A DNA stretch of 34,986 nt from a virus. How positions within the stretch are numbered: position 1 is the stretch's first letter; each line of letters starts with the position of its first letter. The position numbers and the translations under genes were made by a program. The notes under the pieces are model-generated. The model did not search any database. It was not told where the DNA came from and saw only the letters and a list, made by a program, of their open reading frames with translations. Location: IMG/VR virus record IMGVR_UViG_3300001765_000193; one strand, 5' to 3'. Below, in pieces: positions 17,271-24,466 of the stretch.

Positions 17271-17344
17271 CCCGATTAAAGCAAAGTAAGGCATTTGCTA
17301 AAATCGGGGATTATTAATGTTTTATTAGACCGCCTTACTTGTCT
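17271..17344 (-). ncRNA. Structured 5' leader C (same architecture as A and B)
   Basis: Long hairpin 17271-17308 has a 7-bp outer stem, a 6-bp inner stem and the 8-nt loop gtaaggca. Short hairpin 17327-17344 has a 4-bp stem and a 10-nt loop. Loops pair 17286-17292 (gtaaggc) with 17332-17338 (gccttac). Confidence 0.55.
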
Positions 17345-17348
17345 GTTG

Positions 17349-17375
17349 CAAAGATATAAAAATTATTTTAATTAA
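17349..17375 (-). promoter_or_regulatory. -7 box TATCTTTG plus one upstream TTAATTAAAATAAtT unit
   Basis: Plus strand reads caaagata at 17349-17356. A 15-nt unit at 17361-17375, 4 nt from the box, matches 14/15 nt of the tandem units at 19981-20014 and 24377-24410. Confidence 0.5.
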
Positions 17376-17387
17376 AACAATTTTTTT

Positions 17388-17621
17388 TTAAAATATTATT
17401 TTAACTAAAAACAAACCTACAATTGCACCGCAACCAGCTCCGAGAGCATAGGTTAATTTTTGATTAGTAGTTGAAACGCTGATTTTTGATACATTAAACG
17501 CCCACAGCAACGAAATTGTAAACGATGCTATAAATATACCAATCCAATTTAATTGAGTGATAAAATACGTGTTTATAGCAACCATTCCGATTTGTATAAA
17601 CGATGTTAGAAATGTTTTCAT
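17388..17621 (-). CDS. Small integral membrane protein (3 predicted TM), 77 aa
   Basis: Almost entirely hydrophobic: IQIGMVAINTYFI, IGIFIASFTISLLWAF, ALGAGCGAIVGLFLVKIIF. Confidence 0.55.
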   Translation of the reverse strand: MKTFLTSFIQIGMVAINTYFITQLNWIGIFIASFTISLLWAFNVSKISVSTTNQKLTYALGAGCGAIVGLFLVKIIF

Positions 17622-17743
17622 AGTTTCTCTAATTCTTTTTTAAGTTCATTAAGATAATTAGTAACATCTTTGTAACCTCCATTTTCTTTGTAGGTTTCAA
17701 TTTCTTTAATTTCATTTTCGAGTAATCTTTTTGCGTGTTTCAT
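17618..17743 (-). CDS. Hypothetical small protein, 41 aa
   Basis: Hand translation MKHAKRLLENEIKEIETYKENGG...ELEKL. ATGA overlaps at both ends. Confidence 0.4.
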   Translation of the reverse strand: MKHAKRLLENEIKEIETYKENGGYKDVTNYLNELKKELEKL

Positions 17744-17919
17744 AAAATAGTTTTTTCAATGTTTTTTAACTCAAATTTACAAACGGCTTTTAAAACAAAA
17801 GTTTTTCTTTTTTCTTTTTCGCAAAGTCTTTCAGCTTCTGTTTCCGCTTCGTCAATATTATCATATACTCTTGATGGTGTATTTCGTCCATCAACAAAAA
17901 CCATATAAAATTTATCCAT
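17740..17919 (-). CDS. Hypothetical small protein, 59 aa
   Basis: Hand translation MDKFYMVFVDGRNTPSRVYDNIDEAETEAERL...KTIL. ATGA overlap downstream. Confidence 0.5.
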   Translation of the reverse strand: MDKFYMVFVDGRNTPSRVYDNIDEAETEAERLCEKEKRKTFVLKAVCKFELKNIEKTIL

Positions 17920-17925
17920 TTTTTT

Positions 17926-18072
17926 TCATTTTTTAATTGTTATGTTTTTATGTTTAATCAATTCTTTGTCGATAATGCTAATTATATCTTTTATTAAATT
18001 ATCACAATCTAAATTACTCCAGCCGTGTTTTTTAATCAATTCACGTTTTACTTTTGTTACTGTTATTTTCAT
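17926..18072 (-). CDS. Hypothetical small protein, 48 aa
   Basis: Hand translation MKITVTKVKRELIKKHGWSNLDCDN...TIKK. ATGA overlap upstream. Confidence 0.4.
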   Translation of the reverse strand: MKITVTKVKRELIKKHGWSNLDCDNLIKDIISIIDKELIKHKNITIKK

Positions 18073-18245
18073 AGTATTTCAATGTCTTTTAAAGATACCC
18101 AACCATCAAATTTTTCAATCCAAATACTAATTGAGTTGTCTTTTCTTTTTATAAAACCTTTTGCAATATCAATTCGTGAACCAGCTTTGACTTTTACTCC
18201 ATCTTCTAAAAGTGGTAGTAATTTTTTAAAATCTTCTGTTTTCAT
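18069..18245 (-). CDS. Hypothetical small protein, 58 aa
   Basis: Hand translation MKTEDFKKLLPLLEDGVKVKAGSRIDIAKG...DIEIL. ATGA overlaps at both ends. Confidence 0.45.
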   Translation of the reverse strand: MKTEDFKKLLPLLEDGVKVKAGSRIDIAKGFIKRKDNSISIWIEKFDGWVSLKDIEIL

Positions 18246-18427
18246 TTTATTCCGAATAAATTTTTTAAAAAATCAATGTTATCAATATCTTTAATTTCGT
18301 GAAAAATGATTTTATCTTTTATTTTTTTCTTAGCGTGTTCTCTGTCTTCCGCTTGTACTTTAGTTTTTAGCTTTTTGCCAAAAATCTCAAATTTAACTTC
18401 AAATGTTTTCATAATTTTTGACCGCAA
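18242..18427 (-). CDS. Hypothetical protein, 61 aa
   Basis: Minus-strand ORF in the coupled chain. Confidence 0.45.
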   Translation of the reverse strand: MRSKIMKTFEVKFEIFGKKLKTKVQAEDREHAKKKIKDKIIFHEIKDIDNIDFLKNLFGIK

Positions 18428-18600
18428 GTTTTACAATGTTCAATTTCAAATTTTAATCTAAAATGCTCAATCTTTAATTTATAATATTTTTCAATATCGT
18501 GAAAATATCTTGAAACTAATTCAATATCAAAATCTAAATTTTTTTCATAAATCCTTTGCATCTTTTTTTCAATGCTTTTTAGTTGTTGTTTCGGTGTCAT
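18409..18600 (-). CDS. Hypothetical protein, 63 aa
   Basis: Minus-strand ORF with C-terminal HCKTCGQKL. Confidence 0.45.
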   Translation of the reverse strand: MTPKQQLKSIEKKMQRIYEKNLDFDIELVSRYFHDIEKYYKLKIEHFRLKFEIEHCKTCGQKL

Positions 18601-18757
18601 AATTCATAATGCTTTCTCTAATGATATAAGGTTCTACTTTGTACTCTTCAATTGTGTCAATAACAAATTCAATTTTAGTATTAAAATGGTCTGCTATTTC
18701 ACTATATTTCAACATTGGATTCATTTTCCAATAAAGAATGATTTTACTTTTTAGCAT
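18569..18757 (-). CDS. Hypothetical protein, 62 aa
   Basis: Minus-strand ORF. Confidence 0.4.
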   Translation of the reverse strand: MLKSKIILYWKMNPMLKYSEIADHFNTKIEFVIDTIEEYKVEPYIIRESIMNYDTETTTKKH

Positions 18758-19094
18758 TTTTAATGATTTTATTTGTTATTCCATTCATACTTTTTTGGTC
18801 TTTATTATAGGCATCAATCATATAGCAAATATTTTCCATATCATAAATAGGGATCTTTGAAATTTGCTTTATAAACGTTTCAAAAACTTGGTAAACTTGG
18901 TCTGTACTATCACTCAAAGCGTTATAAAACTTGTCGTAATGTTCCTGTTCCGCTTTAATAAGCAAAGGAATAACTAAATTAATCTTTTGCTTTAGTTCTT
19001 TATTGTAATAAGGTGTATGTTTTATAGCTTCTAATTGGTTTAAAGCTATCTGACAACTCATTACGCTTGTTGTTATTTTGTCAACTACTTCCAT
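18744..19094 (-). CDS. Hypothetical protein, 116 aa
   Basis: Minus-strand ORF, helical-looking. Confidence 0.5.
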   Translation of the reverse strand: MEVVDKITTSVMSCQIALNQLEAIKHTPYYNKELKQKINLVIPLLIKAEQEHYDKFYNALSDSTDQVYQVFETFIKQISKIPIYDMENICYMIDAYNKDQKSMNGITNKIIKNAKK

Positions 19095-19096
19095 AA

Positions 19097-19234
19097 TTAA
19101 TAATTTGATGCAATATTTCTAACTAAACAACCTAGCTCCATATCATTTGGTGTTTCTAAAATGTATCTAATCGGAATTTGAATGTAGGGTTCTTTTTTAG
19201 TAGTTTCTTTTACTTTTTTTTTCTTATTTTTCAT
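19097..19234 (-). CDS. Hypothetical small protein, 45 aa
   Basis: Hand translation MKNKKKKVKETTKKEPYIQIPIRYILETPNDMELGCLVRNIASNY. ATGA overlap with the upstream stop. Confidence 0.45.
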   Translation of the reverse strand: MKNKKKKVKETTKKEPYIQIPIRYILETPNDMELGCLVRNIASNY

Positions 19235-19440
19235 AATACTTCAAAATTAGTTACTTCGATTTCTTTTGCTCTGTACTCTTCTAAAATTCGGTAAAGATTG
19301 TTATCTGAAACCTCTTTTGCTTCAATCCGTCTAAATGCTTCATTCATTTGTGATTGATTAGAAATGTTACCGCCTAAGGCTTTAAACCAATTTTCGAATT
19401 CGGTGCATTCCGTTTTCCAATTTTCAATTTTTGTTTTCAT
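19231..19440 (-). CDS. Hypothetical protein, 69 aa
   Basis: Minus-strand ORF. Confidence 0.5.
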   Translation of the reverse strand: MKTKIENWKTECTEFENWFKALGGNISNQSQMNEAFRRIEAKEVSDNNLYRILEEYRAKEIEVTNFEVL

Positions 19441-19450
19441 ATTTAATTAT

Positions 19451-19762
19451 TTAAAGTATTCCATAAACTCCGTAATAAGGGTCTGTTTGATAATCTAAAT
19501 TTTCCCCTATCTCTTCAATTTCTTCCTCTCGATAAGGTGTATCATTCAATTTTTTAAACATTGCCTTAATTTGCTCATCTGTTGGCATAATTTCAATCCA
19601 TAAACCATTTACTTTTTTAAGGAATTGCTCGATATGATTTTTCCCTGTCTCATCTTTGTAGAAGTCAACTAATATAAATTGATTTTCAAATCTGTAGTTC
19701 CATACTGTATCTGAAATGTACTCTAACTCTGCGTTTTGTATTGCTATATTAAAATCTATCAT
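19451..19762 (-). CDS. Hypothetical protein, 103 aa
   Basis: Minus-strand ORF. Confidence 0.5.
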   Translation of the reverse strand: MIDFNIAIQNAELEYISDTVWNYRFENQFILVDFYKDETGKNHIEQFLKKVNGLWIEIMPTDEQIKAMFKKLNDTPYREEEIEEIGENLDYQTDPYYGVYGIL

Positions 19763-19781
19763 AATTAGTTTATTAATTTGT

Positions 19782-19940
19782 TTAATTATTTTTTACATCA
19801 TCTATTAAAACTAATAAAGAAGCTGTGCTATAATTGTATTTTCTTATATCGTCAAGCCATATAATCTCGTTTGTTTTTTTATCAATATTATTTTTAATAA
19901 TTTCAATAATTTCATTTTTGATTTCTAAATTTGTTTTCAT
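19782..19940 (-). CDS. Hypothetical small protein, 52 aa; first gene after promoter
   Basis: Hand translation MKTNLEIKNEIIEIIKNNIDKKTNEIIWLDD...VKNN. Confidence 0.4.
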   Translation of the reverse strand: MKTNLEIKNEIIEIIKNNIDKKTNEIIWLDDIRKYNYSTASLLVLIDDVKNN

Positions 19941-19968
19941 ATTTTCTATTTATTAAATTATTATGGTG

Positions 19969-20014
19969 CAAATCTATAAAACTTATTTTAATTAAAAAAA
20001 CTTATTTTAATTAA
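19969..20014 (-). promoter_or_regulatory. Early promoter: -7 box TAGATTTG preceded by two tandem TTAATTAAAATAAGT units
   Basis: Plus strand reads caaatcta at 19969-19976. Units lie at 19981-19995 and 20000-20014. The 34-nt block is identical to 24377-24410 with the same 4-nt offset to the box. Confidence 0.55.
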
Positions 20015-20032
20015 AAACGTTATTTATAATGA

Positions 20033-20518
20033 TTATAAATTAAGTTTGTCTTTTTCGTTTACAATTCTTTTGCTCCAAATGATAAAATAAATAACTCCAG
20101 CAACAGCTAAAAATAATAATATCCAATTCCAAAAATTGCCTTTTGAACTTTCAGTATTTTTTTGCTTAACTTCTATTTTAGCTTTAAACTTTGTTTTGAC
20201 GTTGTTTTGTTGCTTTTTAGCTACTTTCTCGGTTTTGTCTATTACTATATTGTTTTTTTGTTTTTTAATCTTTAAACGAACGTTTTTGTACAATTTACCA
20301 TTTACTATAATTTCTTTAGTGTTATCTATTGGTTCTATTTCAAGTTCGTCTTTTTCTGTGAAATCAATAACTTTAGTTTCGATTAAAGATTTTGTTTCTG
20401 TTACCGATTTGTCAATAGTAACATCTTTAGTTTTAACATCGGTTTTGGTGTTTTCTACCTTTCGGGTGCCACAACTAACTAATAAGATAGTTGCTAAAAT
20501 AATGGTTTTTGTTTTCAT
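20033..20518 (-). CDS. Lipoprotein with C-terminal TM anchor, 161 aa (internal start used)
   Basis: MKTKTIILATILLVSCGTRK has a lipobox LVSC, followed by a K/E/T-rich body and C-terminal FWNWILLFLAVAGVIYFIIW. Confidence 0.6.
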   Translation of the reverse strand: MKTKTIILATILLVSCGTRKVENTKTDVKTKDVTIDKSVTETKSLIETKVIDFTEKDELEIEPIDNTKEIIVNGKLYKNVRLKIKKQKNNIVIDKTEKVAKKQQNNVKTKFKAKIEVKQKNTESSKGNFWNWILLFLAVAGVIYFIIWSKRIVNEKDKLNL

Positions 20519-20539
20519 TGGTTTTTTTTTTAAATTAGT

Positions 20540-20617
20540 TTGTTTATAAACTTTAATAGTATTTATTGAGTAATTTTTATATCTCAATTTATTTTTAAAA
20601 ATTTCAAGAATCTTCAT
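20540..20617 (-). pseudogene. Possible relic of the N-terminus of a tyrosine integrase (SAM-like domain)
   Basis: MKILEIFKNKLRYKNYSINTIKVYKQ fits the F..xL+x+NYSxNTIKxY N-terminal pattern of Bacteroidota XerC/D-type integrases. It then runs straight into the lipoprotein signal peptide. Confidence 0.3.
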
Positions 20618-20697
20618 GGCTTATATGTTTATTTTATTAGGGTTAAGGTATCGTGTTGGATATATAATAGTTACCAGCAATGCCAAAACCGACACCG

Positions 20698-21417
20698 CTA
20701 AAACAACCGCAGTTGTGATTTAAAGTCATTAAAACGTTTTTCTTGTTTGTCATAATATTCTTTGTCTATTTCAAACCCTACAAAGTTGAACCCGCCTTTA
20801 TACGCTGCAATCCTACTGCTTCCACTTCCTAAATGTGTATCTAAAATCAAATCATTTGGCTTTGCATAGTTTGATAAAAGCCAGTCGTATAGTTTGGTTG
20901 GCTTTTGCGTTGGGTGTATTTTTATATCTCCGCAGTTAATATAAGCATCGGCTCTGCTATATCCAAATACTTTAAAAGTATTGATGCTTGTTTTTGCAAA
21001 TTCACCTTCCTTAAAATTTCCGCTTCCTTTTTTATACCAAACTATTACTCCTTCTAAATGTAAATTGTGAAAATAATTTCCACCCCATACAATTTGATTT
21101 TTAGATACTCTTTTTAGTTCGGAAAAATATTCATCTGTTGGCACTTCATTATCCCAATTTGTTTGATGATACTTTTTATAAGTTCCAGCATTTTTAGTAA
21201 ATCCTTTTTTGCCCCCTAAATCGTTTTGAGTTAAATCGGCATTTATCCCATAAGGCGGGTCAACTATTGCCAAATCAAAATGATTATCGTTAAATCGTTT
21301 TAATGCCTTTACACAATCTTCCAAATAAACCTCCGAAGTAGGCACTGCTGGTAACAGCGGTTTTGTGCTATTGCCTGTTTCTGGCTTAACTGAAAGTTCG
21401 TTTATATCTTCAAACAT
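20698..21417 (-). CDS. N6/N4 DNA methyltransferase, 239 aa (start moved to MFEDINEL)
   Basis: IVDPPYGIN, NQIVWGGNYF, HPTQKPTKLYDWLL, DTHLGSGSS. The start choice is supported by a repeated leader also found in front of the ASCH-like gene. Confidence 0.8.
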   Translation of the reverse strand: MFEDINELSVKPETGNSTKPLLPAVPTSEVYLEDCVKALKRFNDNHFDLAIVDPPYGINADLTQNDLGGKKGFTKNAGTYKKYHQTNWDNEVPTDEYFSELKRVSKNQIVWGGNYFHNLHLEGVIVWYKKGSGNFKEGEFAKTSINTFKVFGYSRADAYINCGDIKIHPTQKPTKLYDWLLSNYAKPNDLILDTHLGSGSSRIAAYKGGFNFVGFEIDKEYYDKQEKRFNDFKSQLRLF

Positions 21418-21488
21418 CTGTCTTAAATTTAAAGTTAGTGTGTGTTTTATCGGCAACAGCACAAAGCCACAAAACGTTAGCATCAAGA

Positions 21489-21857
21489 CTAGCGTAAAGC
21501 ATTATCCCAAATAACTTTTCCTAAAGACAATACATAACAATCTTTAGTTTCTCCAGACCATTCATAAATTGAAACTCCAAAATTTATATCTAAAAGTTCA
21601 ACTTTCATTTCAGGAGAATTTGAATTATAACCATTTTTAAAAATGATATAATCGAAAGGCTTTTCAACTAAAAAATCTTTTAATCTTTTAGTCCAATAAG
21701 GTTTTATTTCTCGATATTCTTCTGTCTTTTCTCCTGACGAAATCATATCATACCATTTGCGTTTTAAAGTCAAGTGCAAAACACGTCCAGATGCTAACAT
21801 ATTATTGTCGCAAGTGGCGTTTTGGTCTTTAACTGAATTGTCATTTTGTGTTTTCAT
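21489..21857 (-). CDS. ASCH-like (PUA-fold) domain protein, 122 aa
   Basis: LHLTLKRKWYDMISSGEKTEEYREIKPYWTKRL resembles the ASCH N-terminal core. Lies directly upstream of a methyltransferase. Confidence 0.5.
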   Translation of the reverse strand: MKTQNDNSVKDQNATCDNNMLASGRVLHLTLKRKWYDMISSGEKTEEYREIKPYWTKRLKDFLVEKPFDYIIFKNGYNSNSPEMKVELLDINFGVSIYEWSGETKDCYVLSLGKVIWDNALR

Positions 21858-21927
21858 AATCTGTCTTAAATTTAAAAATTAGTCTTTATTTTGTCGCCAC
21901 CTGACGACAATAATCCGCCGTTATAAC

Positions 21928-22158
21928 TCATTTCCACGAACCATCGTTTAAATCTATAATTCCGTGCCAATGAAGTAAGTTTTTTAATTTATTTGATGAA
22001 TAATTATACGCTTCTTTTTTACCTCGATAAAGCAATTTTGTTGTTTGAGGTTTATTTTCTTCATCTGATTTGTCCTCATTATCTTTATATTGAATAGCTA
22101 AATCTTTTAATTCAAATAATAATTTTTTTAATTCATCCTCTAAAGTTGGTGCAGCCAT
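21928..22158 (-). CDS. Hypothetical protein, 76 aa (ATG start; the track start is a TTG)
   Basis: Minus-strand ORF beginning MAAPTLEDELKK. Confidence 0.45.
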   Translation of the reverse strand: MAAPTLEDELKKLLFELKDLAIQYKDNEDKSDEENKPQTTKLLYRGKKEAYNYSSNKLKNLLHWHGIIDLNDGSWK

Positions 22159-22330
22159 AATAAACGAGTTATAACAATGGTTTGGCAATATTGCCGTTTT
22201 CTTTTTTGCAGAAAATCTGCGGTTTAATCAAGTTTATTTTTTCAATTCTAAAAGACTGCCAAGATTTATCAAATCGGATTTTATTCCCTCTAATGCTGGA
22301 TTAATAAGCATTAATTGTAAAGGAGTGAAA

Positions 22331-22483
22331 TTACTTTTCATTTTTCTTAATTTTAGTTACGTTATCAATCACTTCCAAACATTCGTTTTTCAATTCTTTA
22401 GGAATTTTAATGTGGATTGTAATTGTTTCAATTCCTTTTTGGTACTTTGGTTTACGCCCTGCGTTTCTTTCGTTTTTTTTCAT
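22331..22483 (-). CDS. Small basic protein, possibly ribbon-helix-helix, 50 aa (internal start)
   Basis: MKKNERNAGRKPKYQKGIETITIHIKIPKELKNE. The start is supported by the 20-nt junction repeat. Confidence 0.35.
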   Translation of the reverse strand: MKKNERNAGRKPKYQKGIETITIHIKIPKELKNECLEVIDNVTKIKKNEK

Positions 22484-22484
22484 T

Positions 22485-22679
22485 TTATTGTTTTTTAAAA
22501 GTTTCGTTGTAATACATTTCTGCTTTAAATCCACTGGCTCTATATTTTAATCCCCAATTTACTGCATCAATTATTTGTTGCTTTTCCATTTCTTTGGCAT
22601 CTCTAATTAACAAAATCACTGGTTTACTTAAACCATATCTTATTTCTATTTCATTTGCTAACCATTCTACTGCTGTCAT
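22485..22679 (-). CDS. Hypothetical protein, 64 aa
   Basis: Minus-strand ORF ending in FKKQ, as does the upstream gene. Confidence 0.5.
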   Translation of the reverse strand: MTAVEWLANEIEIRYGLSKPVILLIRDAKEMEKQQIIDAVNWGLKYRASGFKAEMYYNETFKKQ

Positions 22680-22680
22680 T

Positions 22681-23436
22681 TTATTGTTTTTTAAATTGTT
22701 TAATAAATTCTAATCTCTTTTTATCATATATTTGATGCAAATCTGAATCTTCTTTATATATAGTTGTAAGCCTTTCTAATAAATCAACTAATTCACTATA
22801 CATTCTTTCTTTTTGCCATTTACCACCCACAATAAATAAAGTTTCATCTTTAAATAACCCACTTTTAACTGCTCTTTTAGCAGCTTCTTCAAGTGTTTCT
22901 TTATTTTGTAACTTATAGCCAGTATCTACATTAATTCCTCTAATTTTATTTTCAATAACTTGTTTAATAGCTTCTGACATTGTTCCTTGTTTATGTTCTT
23001 CTTTTGGAATGATTATTTTGTAGCTTACTTTACCAGCATTTTCATAAAACCCTCTCTCAGGTTCAACAAACTCGCAATTTGGGTTTTTTACAAACCATTC
23101 CAAAAATTGATCATCGATAGCTTGTACTCCGTCTTTGATTAAGTCTTTGTCTGTTGTTAGAATTATTTTAAACTCTTTATCAACAGTATTATAACCTGAT
23201 TTTGCAATTGCTTGAAAAATTTTATTTAATCTTTCATTGTAATAATAATCTCCCTCTTTAATTTCCCCATCAGAAGTGATGTAGATGTTTTGATTAACAG
23301 CATATTCCGAAACCATTGGTTTTTTAAATAATCTTAACTTTTTGTCATATTTATCAATAAATAATATACTCTCTTTATCCGTTGGTATTAACCATAAATT
23401 CTTTTTACTTTCCATAAACATCGTTTTTAAAATCAA
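22681..23436 (-). CDS. Hypothetical protein, 251 aa (start may be 23415)
   Basis: Minus-strand ORF with the pattern WLIPTDKESILF...QNIYITSDGEIKEGDYY. Confidence 0.55.
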   Translation of the reverse strand: MILKTMFMESKKNLWLIPTDKESILFIDKYDKKLRLFKKPMVSEYAVNQNIYITSDGEIKEGDYYYNERLNKIFQAIAKSGYNTVDKEFKIILTTDKDLIKDGVQAIDDQFLEWFVKNPNCEFVEPERGFYENAGKVSYKIIIPKEEHKQGTMSEAIKQVIENKIRGINVDTGYKLQNKETLEEAAKRAVKSGLFKDETLFIVGGKWQKERMYSELVDLLERLTTIYKEDSDLHQIYDKKRLEFIKQFKKQ

Positions 23437-23623
23437 TTAGTAATTCGGGTAAAGTTTTTTCTTTAAATGCTAAAGTGTGATTCAATTCTCTGTATTGAAT
23501 GTTTAACCACTCGGTAAAAGCAATAGTAAAATCATCTGTGATTTTCTCCCATTCGTCAAAATGTCTATTTAACGAATACGGTAATAATGCTTGTATAACA
23601 AGCTTCTCTCTTAATTTATTCAT
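23405..23623 (-). CDS. Hypothetical protein, 72 aa
   Basis: Minus-strand ORF. Confidence 0.45.
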   Translation of the reverse strand: MNKLREKLVIQALLPYSLNRHFDEWEKITDDFTIAFTEWLNIQYRELNHTLAFKEKTLPELLIDFKNDVYGK

Positions 23624-23915
23624 ATTTTAAATCTTTGTTATATTTGAAATAAACATTTTTTCCACAATAACTACCATTTCTGTATATAGGCTCTTCTTTT
23701 TTACAGATTAAATTCATTTCATAAAGTTTTACGCAAATATCGTATGTATCAGTAAACATCTTGTTATCAGCTTTAAACCATTCATTCTCGGGTTTGTCAA
23801 AAAGATTTGTAAAATGCCATCTTAAATCAATGCAATATACATCATTGATTTTATAAGCTCTTTTTTCTAAAGCTGTTAATTTTTCTAAAAACTGAGGTTC
23901 GTTAATTATTGCCAT
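23616..23915 (-). CDS. Hypothetical protein, 99 aa
   Basis: Minus-strand ORF. Confidence 0.5.
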   Translation of the reverse strand: MAIINEPQFLEKLTALEKRAYKINDVYCIDLRWHFTNLFDKPENEWFKADNKMFTDTYDICVKLYEMNLICKKEEPIYRNGSYCGKNVYFKYNKDLKYE

Positions 23916-24091
23916 TGTTTTATGTTTTTAATTTTCCAAGTTCCTATTAAATGAGTTGTATCGTGTTCATAAATGTCAGAAATTGCAATAACAAATACTT
24001 CATTATTTTTGTGGTAATTCTTTACCATTATTACATTATTTTTAGCAGATAAAACACTATGTTTACTATCTACTTTATAATTTGCTGTCAT
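23906..24091 (-). CDS. Hypothetical protein, 61 aa
   Basis: Minus-strand ORF. Confidence 0.45.
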   Translation of the reverse strand: MTANYKVDSKHSVLSAKNNVIMVKNYHKNNEVFVIAISDIYEHDTTHLIGTWKIKNIKQWQ

Positions 24092-24130
24092 AATAATTAT
24101 GCGTTACAGTCGCACCCCTGATTTTTTAGT

Positions 24131-24334
24131 TTAAGAATAATTTAAAATAATTGATTTTTTCATTTGAGGAATTCTGCAATCAGCTCTCAATTCTTTAACT
24201 TTTTTTGAACCTTCAATATTGTCAAAATATTGAATTTGCAATCCGTCTCTTTCAATAACTTCTCTTGTTTTAAAAAATCCAGAAGTCAATAATACTTCTT
24301 GTTTACCTGTTGATGTTGTTCTTGTAATTGTCAT
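24131..24334 (-). CDS. Hypothetical protein, 67 aa; first early gene
   Basis: Minus-strand ORF about 30 nt downstream of a -7 box. Confidence 0.5.
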   Translation of the reverse strand: MTITRTTSTGKQEVLLTSGFFKTREVIERDGLQIQYFDNIEGSKKVKELRADCRIPQMKKSIILNYS

Positions 24335-24364
24335 AATTTCTATTTTTTAAGTGTTATCTGAGTA

Positions 24365-24410
24365 CAAAAATAATAAACTTATTTTAATTAAAAAAACTTA
24401 TTTTAATTAA
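24365..24410 (-). promoter_or_regulatory. Early promoter: -7 box TATTTTTG preceded by two tandem TTAATTAAAATAAGT units
   Basis: Plus strand reads caaaaata at 24365-24372. Units lie at 24377-24391 and 24396-24410 and are identical to 19981-20014. Confidence 0.55.
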
Positions 24411-24440
24411 TTTTTACTATTTATATTGATTATAAATAAA

Positions 24441-24466
24441 AAACCTATCAAATTAATGATAGGTTT
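24441..24466 (-). terminator. Rho-independent terminator of the tmRNA-like unit
   Basis: 10-bp stem AAACCUAUCA/UGAUAGGUUU, 6-nt loop, then UUUAUUU. Confidence 0.7.

Noticed and set aside
19981-20014. A mini CRISPR array or other spacer-repeat structure (also 24377-24410)
   Set aside because: There are only two 15-nt units per locus, separated by 4 nt of A. The units sit directly against promoter boxes, and no cas genes are present.
21418-21486. N-terminal extension MMLTFCGFVLLPIKHTLTLNLRQ of the third methyltransferase
   Set aside because: The extension covers a leader sequence that is duplicated in front of the ASCH-like gene. It also looks non-protein-like. The ATG at 21417 is preferred.
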